DNA of 64,000 nt from positions 105-64,104 of the forward strand of contig JACQLS010000001.1 of the NCBI GenBank assembly GCA_016204005.1, given 5' to 3'. Below the pieces are notes generated by a model, which ran no database searches, was not told the origin of the DNA, and saw nothing but the letters and a program-made list of their open reading frames with translations. The stretch is from Parcubacteria group bacterium. Lineage in GTDB: Bacteria; Patescibacteriota; Minisyncoccia; Phycocordibacterales; UBA2135. This document shows positions 27,587 to 37,235 of this stretch, piece by piece; positions within the stretch are counted from its first letter, which is position 1; every line of letters starts with the position of its first letter. The translations under genes were made by a program, and so were the position numbers.

Positions 27587-27612
27587 CGCGGCTTGCGTCT
27601 TTTCTTGTGGAG

Positions 27613-28692
27613 TTAAATCCCCTCTTGTCGCAGCTTCTCGATGAGTTCTTTGGTGCGCTCGGAAAGATTCGATGGGAGGTTTACATTCAACTTTACAAAG
27701 AGATCGCCCTTTCGGCCCCCATCCATGGGCACTCCCTTACCTTTGATTCGCAATTTCTCGTTAAGGCCGACGCCAGGGGGAATCTTAACCTTGAGCAAAG
27801 ACCCGTCGAGTAGGTGTACGGGGTAGGTGGCTCCAAGAAGCGCGTCGGTCAGTTTAATATTCAAATTCATTGCAAGATCAGCGCCGTCTCTGCGGAAGTA
27901 TGGGTGTCGCGCAACATGCACCCGGATATAGAGATCTCCTGATGTACCCTTGAGAACGGCTTCGCCCATTCCTGTTTCGCGGATGACGCTTCCATCTTCA
28001 ATGCCGGCGGGAATACGGATAGTGATCTCTTCCTGGCGGCGAAGCACACCCATGCCGCGACACTCGTGGCACGTTTCGTCCGGCACCTTACCTTCACCCT
28101 TACAATCTTCACATTCCCGAACACTGGTAATAGATCCTAAAACAGTTGAGCGAGTTTCGTGGAAACGGCCTTGGCCATTACACGTTGTACACGTCTTGGT
28201 ACCTGTACCGGGTTCACCGCCAGTGCCTCCACACGCGGTACACTTTGTGGTTTTTGCGAGAAGCACCCTGCGTTCTGTACCATAGACCCCTTCAGCAAAG
28301 GAGACGTCGATATCTATTGAAATGTCTCTCCCGCGCGGGGTTGTCCCACGAAAGCCGCGCCCACCAGCAACCCCTCCAAAAAAGTCTTCAAAAATGTCTC
28401 CCAAATCAAAGCCGGCTCCCCCGAATGGTCCGGAGCCGAAAGGAAAGCCGCCTCGGCTTCCACCACCTCCTTGAGCACCACTAAACACGCTTCCGTACGC
28501 ATCGTACTCCGCACGACGTTTGTCATCAGAAAGCGTGTAGTACGCCTCGCTTATTTCTTTGAATCTACCCTCGTCACCCGTCTCTTTGTTATCAGGATGA
28601 AACTTGCGCGCGAGTTGGTGATACGCTTTCTTGATATTCTCTTTTGTGGCGCCCTTTGGGACACCGAGAACCTCATAGTAGTCTTTGGGCAT
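27613..28692 (-). CDS. dnaJ: molecular chaperone DnaJ
   Basis: J domain DYYEVLGV...KFHPDNK, G/F region, four CxxCxGxG ([32 protein letters not shown]). Confidence 0.95.
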   Translation of the reverse strand: MPKDYYEVLGVPKGATKENIKKAYHQLARKFHPDNKETGDEGRFKEISEAYYTLSDDKRRAEYDAYGSVFSGAQGGGGSRGGFPFGSGPFGGAGFDLGDIFEDFFGGVAGGRGFRGTTPRGRDISIDIDVSFAEGVYGTERRVLLAKTTKCTACGGTGGEPGTGTKTCTTCNGQGRFHETRSTVLGSITSVRECEDCKGEGKVPDETCHECRGMGVLRRQEEITIRIPAGIEDGSVIRETGMGEAVLKGTSGDLYIRVHVARHPYFRRDGADLAMNLNIKLTDALLGATYPVHLLDGSLLKVKIPPGVGLNEKLRIKGKGVPMDGGRKGDLFVKLNVNLPSNLSERTKELIEKLRQEGI

Positions 28693-28757
28693 ATAGAGGA
28701 GATTACATAGTATCACTTTGATTGTAGCAATGCACTAGCGGGAGTGCAACGGGCGCA

Positions 28758-30665
28758 TTAGCCGTTTTTCTTTTCTCCGCCCTGCTCGTCGCCACCCTCT
28801 CCTTCCCCGTCATATTCCGCGTCACGAGTGCCGCCCTCCCCTCCAGCTTCTGTACCTGGGGCAGTACCGCCGGCCATAGATTCACCGATTTTCTGCATTG
28901 ATGCGCTCAAGTCCTCGACGGCTTTTTTGAGTGTCTCGGCATTGTCACCCTCGAGAGCCTTTTTAACTCCGCCGATCTTCCCCTCGACATCCGTCTTCAC
29001 TGGGGCAGGCACCTTATCACCATAATCCCTGAGCGCTTTCTCTGCGGTATACACAAGTGTTTCAGCGGCATTCCGCACTTCAGCAAGCATGCGCTTCTTT
29101 TCATCTTCAGCCGCATGTACCTCGGCGTCTTTCTTCATTCGTTCAATATCCTCGTCTCGGATACTTGTACTGGCCTCAATACGAACAGACTGCTCCTTCC
29201 CGCTCGCCTTGTCGCGCGCCTTAACGGTCAAAATACCGTTTGCGTTAATATCAAAAGAGACTTCAACCTGCGGAATACCGCGCGGGGAAGGTGGAATGCC
29301 ATCCAAGATAAATTTGCCGAGTGTCTTGTTGTCAGCGGCCATAGGTCGTTCTCCCTGCACAACGTGCACCTCAACACTCGTCTGGTTGTCAGCGGCAGTT
29401 GAGAATGTTTGCTTCCGCTCCGTGGGAATCGTGGTATTTCGTTCAATGACTTTTGTAGCGACACCGCCCAATGTCTCAATGCCGAGTGAAAGCGGGGTCA
29501 CGTCGAGAAGGAGGATATCTTTCACGTCACCCTGAAGAATGCCTGCCTGTATCGCGGCGCCGACCGCGACCACCTCGTCGGGGTTAATGGTTTTATTAGG
29601 CTCCTTTCCAAACAATTCCTTCACGGCACGGACGATTGCCGGCATGCGCGTCTGGCCCCCGACCAAAATGACTTCGTCAATCTGATCATAGGTAAACTTT
29701 GATGCCTCCATTGCCCGTTTTGTTATCGCGATTGACTTGGTAATGTAGGGTTCCGCGAGGGACTCGAGCTTCGCTCGTGAGAGTTTGGTGACGAGGTGTT
29801 TGGGCCCGTTTTGATCAGAGGTGATAAACGGCAGGTTAATCTCCGCCTCCGTTACTTCCGAGAGTTCGTGCTTGGCCTTTTCCGCGGCTTCCTTCAAACG
29901 CTGAAGCGCCAACGGGTCTTTGGATATATCAATACCCTGCTCCTTTTTGAATTCTCCCGCAAGATGACGCACTATTTCGCGGTCGATATCCTCCCCACCC
30001 ATGTGGCTGTCTCCATCGGTCGCTTTGACCTCAATCACTTCGTTTCCTACCTCGAGAACAGTGATATCAAAGGTGCCGCCACCGAAGTCGAAGACTGCGA
30101 TTTGCCCGTTTTTCTTTTTTTCAAAACCATACGCAAGCGCCGCGGCTGTCGGCTCATTCAGGATACGCCGCACATTGAAGCCCGCGATTTCTCCCGCAAC
30201 TTTGGTCGCCTTCCGCTGTGAGTCGTCGAAGTATGCCGGCACAGTGATAACCGCCTCGGTTATTTTTTCACCGAGTTTCGCTTCGGCGTCACGCTTTAGC
30301 TTCTGCAAGATAACCGCTGAGACTTCTTCCGGAGTGTGATATTTGTCCCCCATTTTGACCTTAACCCCATCCCCATCTCCCTTGACTGCCTCGAAGGACA
30401 CTTCTCCTTTTTCTTTTTGAATAGCCGGGTCATCGAAACGGTGCCCCATAAAACGCTTAATGCCTGTGACGGTATTTTGAGGATTTGTCACTGACTGCCT
30501 CTTTGCGACCAAGCCGACGAGTCGTTCGCCATTCTTTGCCACAGCAACAACAGACGGAGTTGTCCTCCCGCCTTCAGCATTTTCTATAATCTTCGGCTGG
30601 CCGCCTTCGACAATAGCCATGGCCGAGTTTGTAGTCCCGAGATCGATTCCAAGTATTTTTGACAT
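28758..30665 (-). CDS. dnaK: molecular chaperone DnaK (Hsp70)
   Basis: [27 protein letters not shown], 635 aa. Confidence 0.98.
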   Translation of the reverse strand: MSKILGIDLGTTNSAMAIVEGGQPKIIENAEGGRTTPSVVAVAKNGERLVGLVAKRQSVTNPQNTVTGIKRFMGHRFDDPAIQKEKGEVSFEAVKGDGDGVKVKMGDKYHTPEEVSAVILQKLKRDAEAKLGEKITEAVITVPAYFDDSQRKATKVAGEIAGFNVRRILNEPTAAALAYGFEKKKNGQIAVFDFGGGTFDITVLEVGNEVIEVKATDGDSHMGGEDIDREIVRHLAGEFKKEQGIDISKDPLALQRLKEAAEKAKHELSEVTEAEINLPFITSDQNGPKHLVTKLSRAKLESLAEPYITKSIAITKRAMEASKFTYDQIDEVILVGGQTRMPAIVRAVKELFGKEPNKTINPDEVVAVGAAIQAGILQGDVKDILLLDVTPLSLGIETLGGVATKVIERNTTIPTERKQTFSTAADNQTSVEVHVVQGERPMAADNKTLGKFILDGIPPSPRGIPQVEVSFDINANGILTVKARDKASGKEQSVRIEASTSIRDEDIERMKKDAEVHAAEDEKKRMLAEVRNAAETLVYTAEKALRDYGDKVPAPVKTDVEGKIGGVKKALEGDNAETLKKAVEDLSASMQKIGESMAGGTAPGTEAGGEGGTRDAEYDGEGEGGDEQGGEKKNG

Positions 30666-30671
30666 AGTTTT

Positions 30672-31244
30672 TTATGATTTTTGTTTTTTGAATTCCGATA
30701 TCTTAACCCGTGCGGGCCGTAACAGCCGCCCGTTCAACTCATATCCCCTTTGTGTTACTTCGAGTATCTTCCCATCGTCTTCCTCGCGATCGGTTTCCAC
30801 GGTTTCGACCGACTCATGCTTATTGGGGTCAAAGTGAGCTCCTACAGGATTTATCTCTAGTATACTATTACTCTTTAGGATTCCGATGAGTTGCGTGTAA
30901 ATGTGTTCAACGCCCTCCCTCCACCCCTTGTCCGCCCTTTCCCATGCTTCTTTATTGCGGAAAGCAAGCTCAAAGCTGTCTAGGACGGGAAGAATCTGGG
31001 AGAGAATATCTTCTTTAACAAATTCCCGAAGCGTCTTGCGAGATTCGTCCTCGGCCTTACGGGCGTTGATGAAGTCCGCCTTCGCCCTTTGCCAGCCATC
31101 GAGATATTCCTGACGTTCCTTCTCGCATTGCGCGAGTTTTTCACGAAGCTTTTTTTCTTTATCTCGGAAGCTGCTTGCTTCGCCCCCCTCATCCGTCTCT
31201 TCAAACTGGACCTCATCGGAGTTGTTGTCTGTTTCATCTGACAT
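30672..31244 (-). CDS. grpE: nucleotide exchange factor GrpE
   Basis: Coiled-coil N-terminal half and GAHFDPNKHESVETV. Start at 31244 or 31250, because the longer ORF covers the promoter. Confidence 0.9.
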   Translation of the reverse strand: MSDETDNNSDEVQFEETDEGGEASSFRDKEKKLREKLAQCEKERQEYLDGWQRAKADFINARKAEDESRKTLREFVKEDILSQILPVLDSFELAFRNKEAWERADKGWREGVEHIYTQLIGILKSNSILEINPVGAHFDPNKHESVETVETDREEDDGKILEVTQRGYELNGRLLRPARVKISEFKKQKS

Positions 31245-31254
31245 ATGCATAAAC

Positions 31255-31282
31255 ATTGTATAATGATTCAAAAAAACGTCAA
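31255..31282 (-). promoter_or_regulatory. promoter of grpE-dnaK-dnaJ, giving a near-leaderless mRNA
   Basis: Minus strand TTGACG (31282..31277), 16 nt, TACAAT (31260..31255). The ATGs at 31250 and 31244 lie 4 and 10 nt downstream of the -10. No Shine-Dalgarno. Confidence 0.6.
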
Positions 31283-31460
31283 ATCGCTGTATACCAAAAA
31301 CCCCCGCGGGGGTTTTTGGTATTACCGCTTGGACCATTGCGGTCGCTTCGCTCCTGTAGCACCCACGGTGCTACAAACATAATGCGCGCTCCGCACATCA
31401 TTTAACTCCTCCAGCGGGGAAACTTAGTTTCCCCGACCCCCTTCGTCACAATGTCGCAAA

Positions 31461-31913
31461 CTATCGTTTGCTCCATTGTGGCGCTTTCCTTGCTTTCTTA
31501 AGACCGAATTTCTTACGTTCTTTCATGCGCTGGTCACGAGAGAGGAGCTTTGATTTCTTTAACTTACTTCGCAATTCACTGTCATATTCCACGAGCGCGC
31601 GCGAGAGGCCGTGACGAAGCGCTTCGGCTTGGGCGTGAATTCCACCGCCAGAAACATGGACGCTAATGTCGAACCTTCCTGCCATTTTCACCTTTTGAAG
31701 TGCTTCGTGTATGATTTGCTGCATTTCCTCCGTAGGGAAATAAGCGACGGCATCTTTGTCGTTTACGCTGAAAACACGTTTTGCTCCAACGCCCTCAAAA
31801 ATCCGCACACGAGCAGTAGCCGTTTTGCGGCGACCGACTGTTTCGATGTACCTCCCCTTCTCCATCTTTAGGACTGGAGCCGCTTCTGTAGTTTGTTGTT
31901 CAGTGGTAACCAT
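31461..31913 (-). CDS. rpsI: 30S ribosomal protein S9
   Basis: HVSGGGIHAQAEALRHGLSRAL, C-terminal KKARKAPQWSKR. Confidence 0.95.
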   Translation of the reverse strand: MVTTEQQTTEAAPVLKMEKGRYIETVGRRKTATARVRIFEGVGAKRVFSVNDKDAVAYFPTEEMQQIIHEALQKVKMAGRFDISVHVSGGGIHAQAEALRHGLSRALVEYDSELRSKLKKSKLLSRDQRMKERKKFGLKKARKAPQWSKR

Positions 31914-31920
31914 ATGTACA

Positions 31921-32265
31921 TTATTCCGTTATCTTTAGCCTCTTCATACGTTCCTTGCGCAAGCGATTTGCCGGTAACATGCCGTAAACTGCGTGCTTAA
32001 GGGGCTCCGCGATTCCGTGACGTAGAACCACCTTCTCGAACGACTCTTGTTTTAAACCGCCATGATATCCGGTGTAATGCTTGTATAACTTCTTTTTTTG
32101 TTTTGCCAATGAAATGAAGAGGGCTCCGGCGTTCACTATCTCGACTTCAAGGTCGAGAATGCGATTCTTCGTAAAGTCGCTGCGTGCTTTCCCCATGAGT
32201 AAGGCCGCCGCCGCTGAAGCAACGCGCCCGATTTTTTTCCCTTTTGCATCAATGGTGTATTTCAT
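31921..32265 (-). CDS. rplM: 50S ribosomal protein L13 (short)
   Basis: GKKIGRVASAAAALLMGK, YKHYTGYHGGLK. ATG at 32265 avoids the overlap with rplQ. Confidence 0.9.
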   Translation of the reverse strand: MKYTIDAKGKKIGRVASAAAALLMGKARSDFTKNRILDLEVEIVNAGALFISLAKQKKKLYKHYTGYHGGLKQESFEKVVLRHGIAEPLKHAVYGMLPANRLRKERMKRLKITE

Positions 32266-32275
32266 TGCTTTATGC

Positions 32276-32629
32276 TTAGACAAACTCAATCATTGCCATT
32301 GGACTTCCGTCTCCGAGTCTCCGGGGCAATTTAACAATCCGTATATAGCCACCCTTGCGTTCCGCATACTTTGGAGCAATCTCCTTAAAGAGTTTGCTTC
32401 CACTCACCTTATCCCCACCAAGGCGGGAGATGATGAGACGGCTTTGAGCGAGCGTACCATGTTTTCCTTGCGTGACCAACTTTTCTACAAAAGGCCGTAA
32501 TTCTTTTGCTTTAGCCTCTGTCGTGCGAATCTTCCCCTTTTTTATAAGAGAAGAAGCAAGCGATCGCAAAAGAGCGCGCCGTTGATTCCTCTCTCTTCCG
32601 AATTTTCTGTTTTTGTTGTGATGCCTCAC
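32276..32629 (-). CDS. rplQ: 50S ribosomal protein L17
   Basis: MRHHNKNRKFGRERNQRRALLRSLA. Confidence 0.93.
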   Translation of the reverse strand: MRHHNKNRKFGRERNQRRALLRSLASSLIKKGKIRTTEAKAKELRPFVEKLVTQGKHGTLAQSRLIISRLGGDKVSGSKLFKEIAPKYAERKGGYIRIVKLPRRLGDGSPMAMIEFV

Positions 32630-32649
32630 GGTTAAAAGTTACCTCGAGA

Positions 32650-33615
32650 TTATTTTAGGGTAATACCAAAATTTGACAATGTCCGCTTCACTTCCTGGAC
32701 GCCCTTCTCGCCTAGCCCGTCAAGCTCTACGAGGTCCTTCTCACTCTTCCTTGCAAGGCCTCCAACAGTGCGAATATTCGCCTTCGTGAGCGCGTTCACT
32801 GTGCGCGTGCCAAACCCAAGCGTATCAATCCGAGTTTTCAAAAATTCCTTTTCCTCTTCAGCGCGTTTTACCCCAACATCTTCCGAACCCTCGCCCTCTC
32901 CGACCTCCGCCGCCGCCTCCCTTGGCTCCTCTTCCTGGAACCCAACAATGGCTTTGAGCTGCTTTATCATTATAGAAATAGATTCCTCCAAAGCCTCGCG
33001 TGGAGAGATACTCCCGTCAGTCTCGATCGAGATGCGAAGCCGGTTATAGTCTGTTCGCTCACCGACACGCATGTTTTCAACTTCGTAGTTAACTCGTCGT
33101 ATCGGAGAGAACACGGCATCGAGCGCGATCGTTCCTCGCTCTACCTTCTCCTTTTGATGTACCTCCTTGGGAACATAGCCCAAACCTTTTTCAAGACGGA
33201 CAGTAATCTCAAGTACGGTGCCCTTGTTTGTGATTTCCGCGATATATGCCTCCGGGTTTAAAATCTCCACTTGCCCGGGCGCCTCGATTTGAGCGGCAGT
33301 TATCACTTTCGGTCCCTTCACTTTGATTCGCACTTCTTGAGGTTCGTCTGTCGCGATTTTGAAGTTTACCTTACGCAAATTCAAAAGCAATGCGATGGCA
33401 TCTTCCTTTACTCCCGATATTGTGGAAAACTCGTGGGCAACGCCCTCGATCTTTAGGGAAGTAATCGCTGTACCGACAAGAGACGAAAGAATGATGCGAC
33501 GAAGCGAGTTACCGAGGGTATGCCCGTACCCAGGGTAAAGTCCCTCAATTTCATACACACCATGCGCACCTTCTTCTTTTACTACCTTTGGTTTTGTTGG
33601 GAGAATGATCTCCAT
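32650..33615 (-). CDS. rpoA: DNA-directed RNA polymerase subunit alpha
   Basis: YGHTLGNSLRRIILSSL. C-terminal HhH domain GTRTVNALTKANIRTVGGL. Confidence 0.95.
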   Translation of the reverse strand: MEIILPTKPKVVKEEGAHGVYEIEGLYPGYGHTLGNSLRRIILSSLVGTAITSLKIEGVAHEFSTISGVKEDAIALLLNLRKVNFKIATDEPQEVRIKVKGPKVITAAQIEAPGQVEILNPEAYIAEITNKGTVLEITVRLEKGLGYVPKEVHQKEKVERGTIALDAVFSPIRRVNYEVENMRVGERTDYNRLRISIETDGSISPREALEESISIMIKQLKAIVGFQEEEPREAAAEVGEGEGSEDVGVKRAEEEKEFLKTRIDTLGFGTRTVNALTKANIRTVGGLARKSEKDLVELDGLGEKGVQEVKRTLSNFGITLK

Positions 33616-33689
33616 AAGCGTTTAGCGTTAAGCGTTTAGCGCTTAGGACCTGTTGTTCGTACCTAATTGCTAGACGCTAACCGCTTAAA

Positions 33690-34295
33690 TTAACGACTAT
33701 AAAATTCGATGATTGAAGTTACATTAAATACCATTTCGTGCTGTTTGTCAATTGTCGGCGCCCCCTTAACGACCCCTCCGAATGTTTCTGTTCGGGAAAG
33801 CCATTGAGGAGGAGTATGATCCTTCAGTCGTTCGGCAAGGCTCAAAAATAGTCCCTTGTCCCTACTCTGAATACGGATAGCAATCATGTCTCCGGGGCGT
33901 ACGCTGTATGAAGGAATCGTAACCTTCCGATCGTTGACCATTATGTGCCCATGCGATACCAACTGACGTCCGAGAGCGCGGCTCTGGGCGAAACCGAGAC
34001 GAAAGACGACATTGTCTAGACGGCTCTCGAGCAAGCGATACAATTCTTGCGCCGGACTTGCCCCCTTTTTTGCCGATGCCTTCTTAACGTAATTCCCAAA
34101 TTGCCGTTCACGGATACCATAATAATATCGCGCCTTTTGTTTTTCCAAAAGTTGAGAACCGAATTCGGTAAGCGGCTGGGAACGGTGTTTCTTGTTCTTG
34201 ATCTTGGGAGTAATAACAAACTTCGGATTTTCCGTCTTTGGAAAAACGCGGGCACCAAGCCGTCTTGCGATCTTAAATTGTTTGAGTTTAGGCAT
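33690..34295 (-). CDS. rpsD: 30S ribosomal protein S4
   Basis: RLDNVVFRLGFAQSRALGRQLVSHGHIMVNDRKVTIPSYSVRPGD. Confidence 0.95.
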   Translation of the reverse strand: MPKLKQFKIARRLGARVFPKTENPKFVITPKIKNKKHRSQPLTEFGSQLLEKQKARYYYGIRERQFGNYVKKASAKKGASPAQELYRLLESRLDNVVFRLGFAQSRALGRQLVSHGHIMVNDRKVTIPSYSVRPGDMIAIRIQSRDKGLFLSLAERLKDHTPPQWLSRTETFGGVVKGAPTIDKQHEMVFNVTSIIEFYSR

Positions 34296-34341
34296 GATTG
34301 TAAGTGGCTGCTACGATCTGATTCCTCGTAGCATGTGTCTT

Positions 34342-34776
34342 CTACACCCTTCTTGGCTTAGGCGCTCGAGGACCGTTAAAAGGTCGCGGGGTTTCATCGC
34401 GAATAGAGTGCAGTTCAATACCCTTGTTTGCAAAAGCGCGGAGCGCCGCCTCGCGCCCAGCGCCAACGCCGCGCACAATTACGTCTGCGCTTTGCATACC
34501 AAGAAGTTGTGATTGTTCTCCTATAAGCTCCCCAACCTTTGCCGCGGCGTATGGTGTCCCCTTCCTGGTTCCCCCAAACCCTAGGCTACCGCTTGAAGAC
34601 CATAGAACAGCGCGACCCTCCTTGTCTGTGAGAAGAAGCTTCGTGTTGTTGTACGTTGCTTGAATATGGAGAATACCGTGCGGCACTTTCTTCTTGCTTC
34701 CTCTCGCAAGAGAACGCGCTCGCATTTCAGAGTTGTAACCCGCTCCACCTTTTTGTGCTGTACGCTTTTTTCCCAT
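34342..34776 (-). CDS. rpsK: 30S ribosomal protein S11
   Basis: ILHIQATYNNTKLLLTD, IRDETPRPFNGPRAPKPRRV. Confidence 0.95.
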   Translation of the reverse strand: MGKKRTAQKGGAGYNSEMRARSLARGSKKKVPHGILHIQATYNNTKLLLTDKEGRAVLWSSSGSLGFGGTRKGTPYAAAKVGELIGEQSQLLGMQSADVIVRGVGAGREAALRAFANKGIELHSIRDETPRPFNGPRAPKPRRV

Positions 34777-34805
34777 GGTAAATTAAAGTGACGATAGCAT
34801 ACTGT

Positions 34806-35186
34806 TTACTTCTTCTCCAGCTTCCGCTTACCAGAACTCATGGTCTTTCGGACGTTACCTCGTACGGTTCGCGAATTTACCTTTGTGCGTTGCCCATGGA
34901 CAGGAAGTCGGCGCATGTGACGTATACCCCGATAACTCTTAATATCTTTGAGCCGTTTTATGTTCGCGCCAATGAGCCTCCGCAATTCTCCCTCAACCGT
35001 CATCGCCTCGATGAGCTGACGGATTTTGTTCTCCTGCTCGGCTGTCAACTCTGTCGGTTTAGCGGTCGGAAGAACTTGAGCCTCGCCCAAAATCTTTTTT
35101 GCTTGAGCACGCCCCACTCCGTAGACGGCAGTGAGGCCTATAGCGAGCTGTTTTTTATCTGGGATGTTGATTCCTGCGATACGCAT
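34806..35186 (-). CDS. rpsM: 30S ribosomal protein S13
   Basis: MRIAGINIPDKKQLAIGLTAVYGVGRAQAKKIL, from the internal ATG at 35186. Confidence 0.95.
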   Translation of the reverse strand: MRIAGINIPDKKQLAIGLTAVYGVGRAQAKKILGEAQVLPTAKPTELTAEQENKIRQLIEAMTVEGELRRLIGANIKRLKDIKSYRGIRHMRRLPVHGQRTKVNSRTVRGNVRKTMSSGKRKLEKK

Positions 35187-35226
35187 AACTCGATAGTTGG
35201 TGGTTACGAATGAATATGACGAGATA

Positions 35227-35340
35227 TTAACCCTGACGTTGTTTGTGCTTCGGATTTTTACAAATAACATACAGTCGGCGTTTCCGACGTACGATTTTGC
35301 AATTTGAACAAATTGTTTTTACTGATGCTTTTACTTTCAT
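35227..35340 (-). CDS. rpmJ: 50S ribosomal protein L36
   Basis: [37 protein letters not shown] (37 aa). Confidence 0.95.
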   Translation of the reverse strand: MKVKASVKTICSNCKIVRRKRRLYVICKNPKHKQRQG

Positions 35341-35420
35341 GCAAAAATACAAAAATGAAAGGTTTGGCAATTGCCACGTCTGGGCCCCCTGAGGGATACA
35401 CAAGTAGCAATCCAATACCT

Positions 35421-35660
35421 TTACAATCGACGAGTGATTCGCCCCTTCCCGCCATACGGGTCAAGCTCTAGCTCAACTCGATCACCGACAAGCACCTTTA
35501 TGCGGTACATCCGCATCTTGCCGGCGAGATAAGCAAGGATCTCTCCTTCTCCTATCGCTCCGGCGGCGTTCGGCTGAGCGTCTAAAGCAACACGAAAAAA
35601 AGCGTTGGGTAAGGCTTCTGTTATCACTCCGGTCGCCTTTGGAACATTCTTGCCTTTCAT
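35421..35660 (-). CDS. infA: translation initiation factor IF-1
   Basis: S1-like [16 protein letters not shown]...[22 protein letters not shown]. Confidence 0.95.
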   Translation of the reverse strand: MKGKNVPKATGVITEALPNAFFRVALDAQPNAAGAIGEGEILAYLAGKMRMYRIKVLVGDRVELELDPYGGKGRITRRL

Positions 35661-35723
35661 TTAATACGTACCCCACCGACTCGGTCGGGTTTATGCGACG
35701 TTTAATGATAACAAAGATGGGTC

Positions 35724-37172
35724 CTAATAGTCAAGCGTGCTTTTAACGTCTATATCCTTTGGGTTTTCTGGAAACTCCCTCTTCCAGAAGGGCCTTACCA
35801 ATACTTCCGCTTTTACAACGCCCGAAAACTGCCCCATAACATTTTTAAGACTATCCTTTGAGCGGCCGGTAAGCGCTTCGCGAATCTTTTCCCCATTGAA
35901 TTTCCAAACAAATTCGGGCTCCCCCTTAAGCGAGAACGTAAGGCGCGAATCTTCGGCGGGGTTGAACGCATCCTTGTTCTCGACTGAGAAAGCGAGCGCT
36001 GCGATGTTTACAATCTCGACTTCTTCTTCGGGAGACATCTGCGGCAAGAGCTTCTCGCCAAGGTATGAGAAGAGGGACTCTCTTGGAAAAATGATTCCGT
36101 AGAGACTTCCCTCCTCCCTCACGGTCACCGTACGTTCCGCAACGCCAGCCTCTGCGTTTTTTGATGACGGAGCAAATTGTATACTGACTCCCCCATCAAA
36201 GAGAACAAAGTCAGCTGGTTTTTCCGCAACGGCTTTTTCTATTAACTGCTTTTTAAGCGCACCGCGTAGTTCCGCTTGTATCTTTGCCGCTTCCTCTTCG
36301 CTGATGGTCTTCACGGCTCCGCTCCAGCCACCTTCAATTGGAGAGACGGTTCGTGCGCTAAATGTAGTAAACCGGGGTGTCCCCTTAAAACCCGGAATAG
36401 TGAACTCCGCCTTATCGATATTGTATCGTTCTCCCGGCAGATCCGCGTGAACCGTTACCTCAACACTTCCGGGTATAAGCTTTCCGTCGACCTTGGTCAT
36501 CCCAGGAACAACGACTGATTCGTAAATGCGATAGACGAGACCTTCCGTAGTTTCAAAGCGTGTGTTGCGTATCAGTCGTTGTTCAGCGCTGTTGTAGTTG
36601 TTTACAATGACAATTTTCCCGGACGCGCGGCGCTCGACGTTTTTCATTTCCGTTGCGTTAACTTCTCGTTCAAGCGCTAAAGAAAACTGCATCACCTCGA
36701 AAGGGAGCGCGTCCTTAACTCCCGATGTAAGGCCGCGCTCTGCGGCAAAAACAGCATCAAGCGACACGGTCTTCGTGCGCGGTGTAACGATAATGGTCGC
36801 TCCTTCAAAGAGCGTCGCTACCGAGAGTATGAGAAACAGAAGAGCAAGCGAGGCAACTCCCCAAAGAGCGCTCCGCGAATACCGGCGTGGGCTTCCCGTA
36901 CCTCCTAGAGAAAATCCTCTGTGCTTAGGGATCTCAAACACTTTAGGGGTGTTTATTCGCGCTTCTCCATCCTTGGCCACGACGTCAGATTGACGTTCCG
37001 TGGGCTTTTCGAGCATTGGGGTTGGTTGTTTCGCTGTCTCTACTGCATTTTTGGGCGAGCGATCAAATCTCGCAAACAATTTCGACTTCTTCTTAGTTAA
37101 GAAGTCCTCTTGGAAAGAGGCGCCCCCCGTTGTCTCTTTTATACGAATGTCATGTATTCTTTTTCGCGGCAT
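35724..37172 (-). CDS. single-pass membrane protein, large extracytoplasmic domain, unknown function
   Basis: 482 aa. TM at ALWGVASLALLFLILSVATLF. No motif recognised. Confidence 0.6.
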   Translation of the reverse strand: MPRKRIHDIRIKETTGGASFQEDFLTKKKSKLFARFDRSPKNAVETAKQPTPMLEKPTERQSDVVAKDGEARINTPKVFEIPKHRGFSLGGTGSPRRYSRSALWGVASLALLFLILSVATLFEGATIIVTPRTKTVSLDAVFAAERGLTSGVKDALPFEVMQFSLALEREVNATEMKNVERRASGKIVIVNNYNSAEQRLIRNTRFETTEGLVYRIYESVVVPGMTKVDGKLIPGSVEVTVHADLPGERYNIDKAEFTIPGFKGTPRFTTFSARTVSPIEGGWSGAVKTISEEEAAKIQAELRGALKKQLIEKAVAEKPADFVLFDGGVSIQFAPSSKNAEAGVAERTVTVREEGSLYGIIFPRESLFSYLGEKLLPQMSPEEEVEIVNIAALAFSVENKDAFNPAEDSRLTFSLKGEPEFVWKFNGEKIREALTGRSKDSLKNVMGQFSGVVKAEVLVRPFWKREFPENPKDIDVKSTLDY

Positions 37173-37235
37173 ACGAGAGCGTGGAGATATGCTTCAAGTA
37201 TACCATATTTTTAGTGTGGCAACCCCACTTTTTCC

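Noticed and set aside
27172-27813. 213-aa plus-strand ORF across the 180-aa gene and dnaJ
   Set aside because: It is antisense to dnaJ and to the GC3-phased minus-strand gene, and it crosses the promoter/terminator region.
31338-31460. Canonical CIRCE/HrcA operator upstream of grpE-dnaK-dnaJ
   Set aside because: TTAGCACTC-N9-GAGTGCTAA is not present. Only unrelated hairpins are seen.
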